Source of the DNA: Patescibacteria group bacterium
GTDB taxonomy: Bacteria > Patescibacteriota > Minisyncoccia > Phycocordibacterales > WO2-35-19
Length of the DNA: 64,000 bases
Direction: 5' to 3'
Assembly (NCBI GenBank): GCA_038064735.1
Contig: JBBTSI010000001.1
Span: 22,012-86,011, forward strand
Within the stretch, counting starts at the first letter, position 1. Each line of letters starts with the position of its first letter. Below are positions 1 through 9,409 of this stretch, in pieces. Below the pieces are notes generated by a model, which saw nothing but the letters and a program-made list of their open reading frames with translations, was not told the DNA's origin and did no database searches. The position numbers were made by a program, and so were the translations under genes.

Positions 1-76
1 TTATAAAAGGAGGGTTTTTGTATGAAATTATGACCTATAAAGATTTGGATGAATGGCTTAGCAAAATAATGGCAAC

Positions 77-2101
77 ATGGAAATTCACACAATGACAAAC
101 GACAAATTGATAAAATATTCTAAAATAGTAGTTTTTGTTTTGATTTTGGTTTTTTATGCTTCGTCTGTGACATACAAAATAGATTTGCCGGCTGCTCAGG
201 ATCTACCAAGAGAAATAAATAATGGGGAGATGATTTTGAAGGGGAATTATGACGTACTAACAAAAAATGTTTATTCTTATACTGAACCCAATCAACCTTT
301 TGCTAATCACCAATGGTTTTCCGGTGTGGTTTTCTTCCTTTTGTATCAAGCTGTCGGGTGGGACGGCATGGTTATTTTTAAAGTTATTTTTATTTTACTA
401 ACTTTTTGTCTGCTTTTTTATATTACAGCCAAAAGAAGTAATTTTTGGCTGGTTACTTTATTTTCTATACCAGCCATAATAATTTTATTCGGAAGAAGTG
501 CTTTGCGCCCAGAGATTTTTAGTTACTTACTCATAATTGTTTATTTTTACCTGCTTTTTGATTTTGAAAAAAATCCGGAAAGTAAAAAAATCTATTGGCT
601 TATTCCTTTGGAGCTTCTCTGGGTTAGTCTGCATTTATATTTTCCTATTGGGATTTTGATGACAGGCGGATTTTTTTTGGAAAAAATAATATTACATTTT
701 AAGAATAATCCTTTACAGCAAAATCCTTATGCTAAAAAATTATTTTTGATTTTGGTAGGAATGATTTTGGTAATTTTTATAAATCCCTATGGTCTTTCTA
801 GGGCTGTTTTTGCATTGCAAGTAAACAAAGACGCCAACTTTCCCGTTGCCAGTGCTGAACTGACTTCTTTGCCTCAATATTTCAAGACTTATCCCAAATC
901 GGATAATATTCCAGCAGTAACTTTTGAAATATTTGCTCCTATTTTGATTTTGAGTTTCATTTGGGCTTTAATTTTCCGATGGTATAAAAAACAGCCACTT
1001 CTTTCCGATAATTATATTTTCTATTTACTGGCCAGTATAGGAACAATCGGTCTTGGTTTTTATATAATAAGAGCTTTGCCGTTTTTTGCCATAATATTTT
1101 TGTTGGCCATGTCTAATAATTTAAAAGGCAGTTATTTTGAATTTAAAGAATGGATTAAAAACAAGTGGCCAAAAAGGGAAAAAATCGTCGTTTTCGCGTC
1201 TATTATTTTTTTGATAACTGTTCTTTTATATTTAATATTGCATGATCTGAAAAAAACTAATTGGGCTGATTTTGGGATAGGTATAACTTCACAATCAGAA
1301 GGCTCTGAAAAGTTTTTCAAAGAAAACAATCTTATTGGTCCTATATTTAATGATAGTGATATTGGCAGTTATCTGATTTATTATCTCTTCCCGAAAGAAA
1401 GAGTTTTTTCCGACAATCGTTTTGGTGATGCGTATTCGGCAAGTTTTTTTAGCGATACTTATTTGCCGATGATTAGATATGAAGATAAATGGCAAGAGGG
1501 TTTAAAGAAATATAGTTTTAATGTGTTGTTTATCAATCATTATAATGGAATAGGTGGTATGCGTGATTTTATTTATCGGAGGATAAATGATCCGCAGTGG
1601 GCTTGGGTTTATGCAGACGATTATGCAGTGATATTGGTAAAAAATGTTACTAAAAACCGTGCAGTTATCGAAAAATATCAGATAACTTGGGATAATATAG
1701 AAAGTAGATTAAGTTATCTAAGTGAATCCGAAAATCTTGATGAACAGCTCGCTTATGCAGATTTATTAAATTTGTCGGGACATCAATATTTGGCCATGAA
1801 CTCGTATATGAAATTTTTATCAGAGAGACCTTACGCAGGTAAAGTGTGGTATGCATTAGGAAGCACCGAATTAAATTTATATGATTTGTCGTACTCAAAT
1901 CCTAGTAGAGCGATAATTTATTTAAATGAAGCTCTTACTAATGGGTGGAAAGCACCAGAAACTTATAGTTATTTGGCTCTGGCATATTTTAGATTAGGAG
2001 AATATGACAAAGCCAGAGAAGCAGTTAATGAAGAAATAAAAATTAATCCAGATAGTGAAGATGTTCAAAAATGGTTGGATACATTTTCTGGAATGAAATA
2101 A
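77..2101 (+). CDS. Multi-span integral membrane protein with C-terminal TPR repeats; possible glycan polymerase or glycosyltransferase-like
   Basis: 674-aa ORF with many hydrophobic segments followed by TPR-like repeats in the last ~150 aa (YLALAYFRLGEYDKAREA...). No catalytic motif recognised. Confidence 0.4.
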   Translation: MEIHTMTNDKLIKYSKIVVFVLILVFYASSVTYKIDLPAAQDLPREINNGEMILKGNYDVLTKNVYSYTEPNQPFANHQWFSGVVFFLLYQAVGWDGMVIFKVIFILLTFCLLFYITAKRSNFWLVTLFSIPAIIILFGRSALRPEIFSYLLIIVYFYLLFDFEKNPESKKIYWLIPLELLWVSLHLYFPIGILMTGGFFLEKIILHFKNNPLQQNPYAKKLFLILVGMILVIFINPYGLSRAVFALQVNKDANFPVASAELTSLPQYFKTYPKSDNIPAVTFEIFAPILILSFIWALIFRWYKKQPLLSDNYIFYLLASIGTIGLGFYIIRALPFFAIIFLLAMSNNLKGSYFEFKEWIKNKWPKREKIVVFASIIFLITVLLYLILHDLKKTNWADFGIGITSQSEGSEKFFKENNLIGPIFNDSDIGSYLIYYLFPKERVFSDNRFGDAYSASFFSDTYLPMIRYEDKWQEGLKKYSFNVLFINHYNGIGGMRDFIYRRINDPQWAWVYADDYAVILVKNVTKNRAVIEKYQITWDNIESRLSYLSESENLDEQLAYADLLNLSGHQYLAMNSYMKFLSERPYAGKVWYALGSTELNLYDLSYSNPSRAIIYLNEALTNGWKAPETYSYLALAYFRLGEYDKAREAVNEEIKINPDSEDVQKWLDTFSGMK

Positions 2102-2104
2102 AAT

Positions 2105-2851
2105 ATGGAAACTCAAAATAACAAACCGAAAGTCATCGGTATAATACTGGCCTATAAACACGCCAAGTATTTGGAGGAACTTTATAAAAGTTTACCAAAG
2201 GAAGCTTTCGACGAAATAATTATTTCCAATGATGAGACTGGTGATGGAATTGAAAAGATTGCAGAGAGACTTGGTATAAAATGTTTTTCTCATCCACGTG
2301 GACACTATGGTGGCAATATGAAGTATGGTTTGAACAAAGCTATGGAGTTGGGAGGGGATATTATGGTAGAGATTCATGGCGATGGACAGTATGGCACTTC
2401 AGCTATTATTCCAGGGATTGCAAAAATGAAAGAGGGTTATGATTTTGTTATGGGTTCGAGGTTTATAAATACTTTTGAACCATTAGTGAAATATAAAATG
2501 CCGCTTATAAGATTTATGGCAAATGTTGGATTGAGTTTTATTGATAGATTAGTATTCAGGATTCCTATTTCCGAATTCCATTCAGGTTCTCGTTTTTATA
2601 GTCGCAAACAACTGGAATCAATACCACTACATCTCACTGCAAATGATCATTTGTTTAGTTTTCAGCTTATTTCTCTGACGATTTTCCATCGGCTTCGTGT
2701 CGCTGAAGTGCCGGTGATTTGTGATTACCGTAAAGAACATTCTTCTATCAAAATGAGCTGGGCGGTTAAGTATGCCTTTCAAACAATGGGAGTTTTAGTA
2801 CAATACATTTTGGCGAAACTTGGATTTAAAACAACATTATTTATTAATTAA
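2105..2851 (+). CDS. Family 2 glycosyltransferase (GT-A fold)
   Basis: N-terminal VIGIILAYKHAKYLEELYKSL...IIISNDETGDG is typical of GT2 (DPM1-like) enzymes. The stop lies 4 bp from the next gene. Confidence 0.65.
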   Translation: METQNNKPKVIGIILAYKHAKYLEELYKSLPKEAFDEIIISNDETGDGIEKIAERLGIKCFSHPRGHYGGNMKYGLNKAMELGGDIMVEIHGDGQYGTSAIIPGIAKMKEGYDFVMGSRFINTFEPLVKYKMPLIRFMANVGLSFIDRLVFRIPISEFHSGSRFYSRKQLESIPLHLTANDHLFSFQLISLTIFHRLRVAEVPVICDYRKEHSSIKMSWAVKYAFQTMGVLVQYILAKLGFKTTLFIN

Positions 2852-2855
2852 TAAG

Positions 2856-3851
2856 ATGAATTTCAATTCTATATTTAATAACAAGCGTGCTTTATGGACA
2901 ATTTGTTTTGTTGTGTTAATTGTAATTATTGCTTTTTTCTCAGGAAGATATGTAAATCATCCGGAAGCGTTTTGTAAAGAATATTCTTTTTTGAATTCAG
3001 ATACAACCTGTGGATTTCATGTGGTTATTGATAAAAAAGGATATAAAGATTTGAGATCTAAATTGATGGGTCAAATTGAAGATTATAAAAAACAAGGAAA
3101 AGTTGGGTTGGTCTCTATTTGGTTTCGCGATTTAAAATATGGTCCGACTTTAGGAATAAATGAAAGAGTTGATTTTATTCCGGCCAGTCTTTTGAAATTA
3201 CCAATGGCAATAACCTATCTCGATTTGTCAGAAGATTATTCAGAGGTGTTGAATAAAACTGTTAAATATTCTAATCCAAATCCTGCATTACCAGTTCAAA
3301 TATTTGTACCAAGCAAAAAAGTTGAAAAAAATGGAATATATTCAATTAAAGAACTGATAGAATATATGATTGTGTATTCTGACAATAACGCTGCGCAATT
3401 ACTTTTTGAATATCTGAATACTAAATATCCTGAACAAAATTTGTTAGCCAATACTTTGCGTGATTTAGGAGTTTTGGGTTCAGGTTCTGACCTTTATTTG
3501 TCCGCAGTAAACACCAAAGAATACGCTTCAATTTTTCGTCTTTTGTATAATTCATCTTACCTGAGTAGAGAAAATTCAGAGGAATTGCTCTCAATGCTGG
3601 CAGATTCAGAATTTAAAGAAGGTCTTAATGCTGGTGTACCTGAAAATATAATTGTATCCCATAAGTTCGGTGAGCGCGTCCTAGATAATGGAGAGAGGCA
3701 ACTTCACGATTGTGGGATTGTATATTATCCGGAAAATCCATACCAGCTATGTATTATGACCAGAGGTACTGATTATGATGATTTGAAAAGCGTAATTCAA
3801 GAAATTTCAAAAGAAATCTACACGGAATTTGATTCAAGAAAGATTGAATAA
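2856..3851 (+). CDS. Class A beta-lactamase-like / PBP-like serine hydrolase, membrane anchored (paralog 1)
   Basis: N-terminal TM segment, then S-x-x-K (PASLLK), S-D-N (YSDNNAA) and a KFG triad in place of KTG (HKFGER). The start is moved to the internal Met to avoid overlap with the GT2 gene. Confidence 0.55.
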   Translation: MNFNSIFNNKRALWTICFVVLIVIIAFFSGRYVNHPEAFCKEYSFLNSDTTCGFHVVIDKKGYKDLRSKLMGQIEDYKKQGKVGLVSIWFRDLKYGPTLGINERVDFIPASLLKLPMAITYLDLSEDYSEVLNKTVKYSNPNPALPVQIFVPSKKVEKNGIYSIKELIEYMIVYSDNNAAQLLFEYLNTKYPEQNLLANTLRDLGVLGSGSDLYLSAVNTKEYASIFRLLYNSSYLSRENSEELLSMLADSEFKEGLNAGVPENIIVSHKFGERVLDNGERQLHDCGIVYYPENPYQLCIMTRGTDYDDLKSVIQEISKEIYTEFDSRKIE

Positions 3852-3860
3852 AATATATTT

Positions 3861-5114
3861 CTATATAATTTTGATTTCAGGAACAGGTACGATGAATTTC
3901 ACACCTTTTTTCCTCAAGTCGCTTTCTTTGACCAATATTTCTTTGGCATAATTCCACGCCAAAATGAGAATATAATCAGGCCGTTCCTCTTTCATATATT
4001 CGGGGGGCATGATTGGGATGTGAGTACCGGGGGTAAATTTACCTTGTTTATATGGAGTGGTGTCAACGATATAATCCAACAAATCTTGTCTAATACCACA
4101 ATATTGGAGCATAGTGTTGCCTTTGGCAGCACATCCGTAGCCGATGATTTTTTTGTTTTGTTTTTTCAAATCGGCAAGCATTTTTAACAAATCACTTTTC
4201 ATTTTTTGAGGAACCAAGCCGAATTTTTTATATAATTTTGAATCGTGAAAACCGTTTTCTTTTTCTTCTTCGATCATTTTGACTACCGTTTTCTTGATTT
4301 TGTGAATTCCATTATTATGGCTGGCAAAAACTCTTAGAGATCCGCCTTGCGTATTTACTTTTATAACATCAAAAATTTGCAGTTCCCATTTTTGTAAAAG
4401 ATTTATAAGGGGTGAAAGTGAAAAATAGCAGATGTGTTCGTGATAAGTATTATCAAATTCATTTTTACCTATCAAATCGGCGAGATATTGGACTTCAAAC
4501 ACGAAAACCCCGTCTCCATCAAGGAGTTCTTTTACTCCAGCCAGTATGCCGTGTATATCATCGGTATGAGCCAAAACGTTGTTGGCGGTGACCACTCCCA
4601 TTTTGCCGTATTTTTTGGAAATTTTTTGGGCTTCATTTAAACCAAAAAAAATAGGCAGGGTAGGGATACCATTTTGGTTGGCAGTTTTGGCAATGTTTTT
4701 AGCCGGGTCCACACCTAAAATTTTTGTTCCAAATTGCTCAAAACATTTAAGTAAAAATCCGTCGTTACTACCTATGTCAAATACGTATTGCTTGGTTTGT
4801 GAAGGAAATTTTTCAAAAACATCTTCGGCATATTTTTTGAAATGCTCATGTAGAGGTTGTGAGGCTCTCGTGAAGTATCCGTAATATTCAAAAAGAGCTT
4901 TCCTGTCTACCCAGTCAGTCAGCTGGGCCAAATGGCAATTTGGGCAATAAGAGACTGAGAGTGGAAATTTTATTTCGGCTTTGTTCAAATCAACTTTGTT
5001 CAAATATGAATTGGCGGGTGCACTTTTGCCTAAATCTAAGTATTTTATGAGGCCTTTCTTTCGACAGGCGATACAAGACCGGCTTTTTTTGATTTTAATT
5101 TTGCTTTTTGGCAT
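3861..5114 (-). CDS. SAM-dependent C-methyltransferase, NDP-sugar C-methyltransferase-like (Zn-ribbon + class I MTase + C-MTase C-terminal domain)
   Basis: N-terminal Cys4 motif (CIACRKK...CPNCH), central MTase region (VFDIGSNDGFLL) and C-terminal GYGCAAKGNT...DTTPYKQGKFTPGTHIPI, which resembles the TylCIII/EryBIII-type C-methyltransferase C-terminal domain. Confidence 0.6.
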   Translation of the reverse strand: MPKSKIKIKKSRSCIACRKKGLIKYLDLGKSAPANSYLNKVDLNKAEIKFPLSVSYCPNCHLAQLTDWVDRKALFEYYGYFTRASQPLHEHFKKYAEDVFEKFPSQTKQYVFDIGSNDGFLLKCFEQFGTKILGVDPAKNIAKTANQNGIPTLPIFFGLNEAQKISKKYGKMGVVTANNVLAHTDDIHGILAGVKELLDGDGVFVFEVQYLADLIGKNEFDNTYHEHICYFSLSPLINLLQKWELQIFDVIKVNTQGGSLRVFASHNNGIHKIKKTVVKMIEEEKENGFHDSKLYKKFGLVPQKMKSDLLKMLADLKKQNKKIIGYGCAAKGNTMLQYCGIRQDLLDYIVDTTPYKQGKFTPGTHIPIMPPEYMKEERPDYILILAWNYAKEILVKESDLRKKGVKFIVPVPEIKII

Positions 5115-5192
5115 GTTAGAAGTTATACCATATAATTTAAAATTATGATAAAATAGTCGTAAATAAAATTTATAAAATTAACTTCTAAAATA

Positions 5193-5696
5193 ATGAACGA
5201 AATAAGATTTAATAATCCGATGAGACAGACAGTGCCACTAATTCAAAAAGAGCCAATGGAATTTCCTAAAGAAAAAGAACCAAAGCCAAAAACTCAGCGC
5301 TCATTCAAAAAGTTTTTTATTGTCGTTAGCATTATTTTGCTTTTGACCGCTCTAGTCGTTTTGTTTAAATTTTCCGGAGGTGTCAATTTTTTGACAACAA
5401 ATAATGGTGTCACCAATTTGACTCACAAAGCCGACCCTCTGGCTTCCGATTATTATGCCGTCTTCCTTGCCGATGATCAGGTTTATTTTGGTGAAATTGT
5501 TGAAAACAATACCAATGAAATGACCATGATCAATACTTACCGTATGCAACCTAACGGCCAGACATATTCTTTGGTCAAACTTACTGACGAAGCTTTTGGT
5601 TCCACCAATCAGATTTTCATCAACCGCAGTCAAATATTATTTTATGAACAATTGCGTAAAGACAGTCAGGTAGTTAAACTCATCGAACAGAAGTGA
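5193..5696 (+). CDS. Hypothetical membrane-anchored protein
   Basis: 167-aa ORF with a single TM after a basic N-terminus. Its stop overlaps the GTG start of the next gene (GTGA), suggesting translational coupling. Confidence 0.35.
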   Translation: MNEIRFNNPMRQTVPLIQKEPMEFPKEKEPKPKTQRSFKKFFIVVSIILLLTALVVLFKFSGGVNFLTTNNGVTNLTHKADPLASDYYAVFLADDQVYFGEIVENNTNEMTMINTYRMQPNGQTYSLVKLTDEAFGSTNQIFINRSQILFYEQLRKDSQVVKLIEQK

Positions 5697-6664
5697 AAGA
5701 AAAGATAATTAAACATCGTTATCTTATTTGCGTATTTTTGGTAGGGCTAATTTTGGGTTTGGTCATTCATTTTAGTGTGATGATGACCAAATGTTTGCAC
5801 CACTACTCTTTATTAAACCCTTTGCTCGCTTGTGGTGGAGAGCCAGTCATCAATAAAAGCAACTACACTACGTTTACTTCTTCTTTAAAAAATCAGATTG
5901 ATATTTGGCAAAAACAGGGTGATGTCAAGCGCATCGGAGTTTACTTCCGTGATTTGCAAAATGGGCCGATTTTTGGAGTAAATGAAGATGAATATTTTGT
6001 GCCCGCCAGCTTGTTTAAATTGCCGGTAGCTTTAGCTGTTTTCAAATTGGCTGAAAGTAATCCCAATATTCTTAACCAATCTTTTGTGATGGGTCAAGTA
6101 GGAGAGGAAGAATATCAATATTTCAAACCATCAAAAAAGATACAATCCGGGCAAACTTATTCTGTAAAAGAACTCATAAATTATTCTCTAATTTATTCTG
6201 ACAATTGGGCCAACGCCGCTCTCAACAAAGTCTTGCAAATACTCAACCCAAACAAAGATATCACTCACGAAACTCTGAAAGATTTGGGTCTTGATGACCC
6301 AACCAATGATTTTCAACAAAGTATCTCTGTGCGCGGTTTTTCTTCTCTTTTCCGACTGCTTTTCAACTCCTCTTATCTTTCTTCTGAATATTCTAATGAA
6401 GTTTTAAATATTTTAAGCCAGTCAACTTTTGATAAAGGTCTTGAAGCTGGCTTACCGAAAGGTATAAAAGTAACCAATAAATTTGGCGAACGCGATCTTC
6501 CCGATGGGACAGCTGAGCTTCATGATTGTGGCATTATTTATTACCCTAAAAATCCTTATCTTTTGTGTGTGATGACTTCAGGCAAAGATGATGACAAGCT
6601 AGCCTCCATCATCAGCCAAATCTCCAAAATGGTCTATGACGAAGTAAATTCCAGAGAAATATAA
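5693..6664 (+). CDS. Class A beta-lactamase-like / PBP-like serine hydrolase (paralog 2)
   Basis: Same motif set as the 2856..3851 gene: PASLFK (SxxK), YSDNWAN (SDN), NKFGERD (KFG). Confidence 0.55.
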   Translation: MKEKIIKHRYLICVFLVGLILGLVIHFSVMMTKCLHHYSLLNPLLACGGEPVINKSNYTTFTSSLKNQIDIWQKQGDVKRIGVYFRDLQNGPIFGVNEDEYFVPASLFKLPVALAVFKLAESNPNILNQSFVMGQVGEEEYQYFKPSKKIQSGQTYSVKELINYSLIYSDNWANAALNKVLQILNPNKDITHETLKDLGLDDPTNDFQQSISVRGFSSLFRLLFNSSYLSSEYSNEVLNILSQSTFDKGLEAGLPKGIKVTNKFGERDLPDGTAELHDCGIIYYPKNPYLLCVMTSGKDDDKLASIISQISKMVYDEVNSREI

Positions 6665-6860
6665 TCATTATTTAGTCTAACTCTTTTCCACACTTTTTAT
6701 TTGCTCTACTTAAATAGGGAGTTATACTTAATACAGGTTATTAAAATATTATAAACACCCTGTTTAATTGCCCTTGTTTTTAGTCAAAACATTGAGGCGA
6801 AGTCCCACGTCGCTCTAATTTCATAAGAGCTATGCGGGATAAAGGGATAAGTAAATAATT

Positions 6861-9266
6861 ATGGAACAAAACGATCAGGGTATTCAAAATACCCAAAATA
6901 GTTCGGGTCATGGTAATGTTTTGGTCAAGAAGTTGGGACTCATCCTCTCAGTCTTCGTTTTTTTGTTGCCGGTATTTTTCGTACCGGTCGCTGGTATTGG
7001 TTTGTATGTAGCTAAAATCACACTTTTGGCTACCGGTTTGGTGGCGATTTTCGCCATCTTTTTGTCGTCGGTACTTTCTACCGGCGCGATTGAGATGCCT
7101 AAAGTCAAGTATCTCATCCCTATTGGAGCTTTCGCTTTGATCGCAATTTTGTCTTCAGTCTTTTCCGGTTCTATCGCTTCGTCGGTTGCTGGTTCGGTTT
7201 TTGATCTTGGTACTTCAGGATCAATTGTAATGCTAGTGTTTCTTATGTTCATGACTGTCCTTGCGGTCAAAAGTGTCGGTGTCGTCGGTAAGATAGTGAC
7301 AGCTTTCATTTATTCAACCGTTGCTATGTCGGTTTATACTTTGTTTGCCGCTTTTGGGGCTTCTCTCATTCCAACATCGATAGCTTCCAAATTACCTATC
7401 TTTCTTTCTGGGGGTGCTATTGATACAGCTATTATTTTTGGGGCAGCCGTCATCTTGGCTCTTTGCGCCGTCAATATGTCTGAAGTGTCAAAAAAAATGC
7501 AATACATAATGTATGCACTCATAGCTTTTGCTCTTATCTTTATTGCCGCAGTCAAATTTACTCCGGTAGTCATTATCCTCGGCATTATTTCTCTGGTTTT
7601 CTTTGTATATATTTTGTCTTGGTCTGTTGGTCGTCCCACTTCCCCTGAAGATGCCCTTCAAGGGTCTCAAGATCGTAAAATTTCACTTTCTTCTCTGGCT
7701 GTCCTTATTGCTTCAGTCATTTTGCTTTTGGGTGGCACTGGTATTTCAGGTTTCTTCTCAAAAACTCTACGAATTCAAACTACCGAAATCAGACCAAATT
7801 TCCAGTCCACTATGGATTTGACTTTGTCATCTTGGAAACAAAATATCGCTCTTGGTGTCGGTCCAAACCGTTTTTCCGAGTTTTGGGCTCTGCATAAACC
7901 GGTAGAAATAAATCAAACTCAATTTTGGAATGCCGAATTTTATTCTGGTTCCGGTTTTATCCCAACTATGGCTATTACTACCGGCCTTCTTGGTCTCCTG
8001 TCCCTCCTCGCTTTCATTGTGATGTATCTTTTGACGGGTGTGAAAGCTATCTTTGCTCAGGCCAATGCCGGGCGTTCACGATATCTTTCAACGGCATCAT
8101 TTTTAGTGTCTTTGTATTTTTGGATTATGCTTTTCCTTTATACTCCAAGCATAGTGATAATGGCTTTGACTTTCATTTTTACCGGACTCTTCACTGCTAC
8201 TCTAGTCCCTCAGGGTATTATCGGTTCATGGAAGATTAATATTTTCTCAAATCCAAAAACCAATTTCTTGTCAGTACTTTCTATTGTCATCTTACTGATT
8301 ATGTCTGTGGCTGGCGGTTATTTCGTTTGGGAAAGATCGGCTGCAGCAGTTGTATTTGAAAAGAGTGTTTTGATTTACCAGCAAAATGCCAATGTAGCGG
8401 AAGCTAGGACTTCAATCGCCAAATCTTTAGGTATGGTACAAAGTGATGTTTATTGGCGAGGACTGACCGAAATTTCTCTCAATGATTTTGGCAGAGTTTT
8501 GGGTGGTGTCACCAATCAAAATCAAATGACCGATGCTATAAGGACAGAAGCCCAGGGTCTTATCGCTGATTCTGTGGAATCAGCCAAAAGAGCGGTGGCA
8601 CTTGATGGGGGCAATTTCCAAAACTGGTATGCTTTGGCGAGAGTTTATGAAGTCTTGGGTTCAAATGGAGTAGAAGGTTCTTTAGAAAATGCTCGTAGTA
8701 CTTATGTTGAAGCCGCTTTACGTTCTCCAAACAATCCTTCAGTACCACTCGCTTTGGCTCGACTTGATGCTTTGGCCGGGAGAACTGAAGAAGCTAAGGC
8801 CAATATTGTCAAAGCCCTGGAGCTCAAAAACAATTATACCGATGCTTACTTTACTTTGGCTCAGCTTCAGGTAGCTCAAAATGATATTGCTTCAGCAATA
8901 AAATCTGTTGAAGCGGCTGTGGTCGTAGAACCAAACAATACCGGTCTTTACTTCCAACTCGGCATGCTCAAATATAATCAAAAAGATTATGCTGGAGCCG
9001 CTAGTGCTCTCGAATCTGCGGTAAAGCTTGTTCCAAGTTATGCTAATGCCAAATATTTCTTGGGTATGGCTTATTACAAGATTGGTCGCAAAGACGATTC
9101 TTTGAAGCAATTTGAAGAAATCAAAGCTACCAATCCGGACAATACCGAAGTGGCTCTCATTGTAGAAAACATGAAAGCTGGCAAAGAACTCTTTGCTGAT
9201 GCTAAACCTCCGGTAGATAAAACTCCGGAAAAGAGGTCAGAACTTCCAATCAAGGAAGGGAACTAA
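6861..9266 (+). CDS. O-antigen ligase (Wzy_C)-like multi-span membrane protein with C-terminal TPR repeat domain
   Basis: 801-aa ORF, about 12 TM segments, periplasmic-loop motif NIALGVGPNRFSEFW resembling the O-antigen ligase signature, then about 250 aa of TPR repeats (NWYALARVYEVLG..., AYFTLAQLQVAQND..., AKYFLGMAYYKIGRKDD...). Confidence 0.5.
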   Translation: MEQNDQGIQNTQNSSGHGNVLVKKLGLILSVFVFLLPVFFVPVAGIGLYVAKITLLATGLVAIFAIFLSSVLSTGAIEMPKVKYLIPIGAFALIAILSSVFSGSIASSVAGSVFDLGTSGSIVMLVFLMFMTVLAVKSVGVVGKIVTAFIYSTVAMSVYTLFAAFGASLIPTSIASKLPIFLSGGAIDTAIIFGAAVILALCAVNMSEVSKKMQYIMYALIAFALIFIAAVKFTPVVIILGIISLVFFVYILSWSVGRPTSPEDALQGSQDRKISLSSLAVLIASVILLLGGTGISGFFSKTLRIQTTEIRPNFQSTMDLTLSSWKQNIALGVGPNRFSEFWALHKPVEINQTQFWNAEFYSGSGFIPTMAITTGLLGLLSLLAFIVMYLLTGVKAIFAQANAGRSRYLSTASFLVSLYFWIMLFLYTPSIVIMALTFIFTGLFTATLVPQGIIGSWKINIFSNPKTNFLSVLSIVILLIMSVAGGYFVWERSAAAVVFEKSVLIYQQNANVAEARTSIAKSLGMVQSDVYWRGLTEISLNDFGRVLGGVTNQNQMTDAIRTEAQGLIADSVESAKRAVALDGGNFQNWYALARVYEVLGSNGVEGSLENARSTYVEAALRSPNNPSVPLALARLDALAGRTEEAKANIVKALELKNNYTDAYFTLAQLQVAQNDIASAIKSVEAAVVVEPNNTGLYFQLGMLKYNQKDYAGAASALESAVKLVPSYANAKYFLGMAYYKIGRKDDSLKQFEEIKATNPDNTEVALIVENMKAGKELFADAKPPVDKTPEKRSELPIKEGN

Positions 9267-9290
9267 AAGAGATAAAGGAAATAATCTCAG

Positions 9291-9328
9291 AACGGCTCAA
9301 CGACGTTAGTCGTTGAGCCGTTTTTGTT
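9291..9328 (+). terminator. Rho-independent terminator after the O-antigen-ligase-like gene
   Basis: Perfect 13-bp stem acggctcaacgac / gtcgttgagccgt with loop gtta, followed by ttttgtt. Confidence 0.6.
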
Positions 9329-9409
9329 ATATAAGTCTTATTCGACTTATTAAACCTATAAATCTTATTTGAGCTATCAGATTTATTAATATTTTGTTAG
9401 AATAATCTT

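Noticed and set aside
1132-1898. Several 60-80-aa minus-strand ORFs inside the first membrane-protein gene (likewise inside murJ, the sensor kinase gene and others)
   Set aside because: Low-complexity, AT-rich antisense ORFs nested in well-supported genes. Typical six-frame noise in an AT-rich genome.
6797-6822. RNase P RNA-like motif (gaggcgaagtccc)
   Set aside because: Only a short resemblance to the GGAAAGUCC box. The intergenic region is under 200 bp and lacks the other conserved helices.
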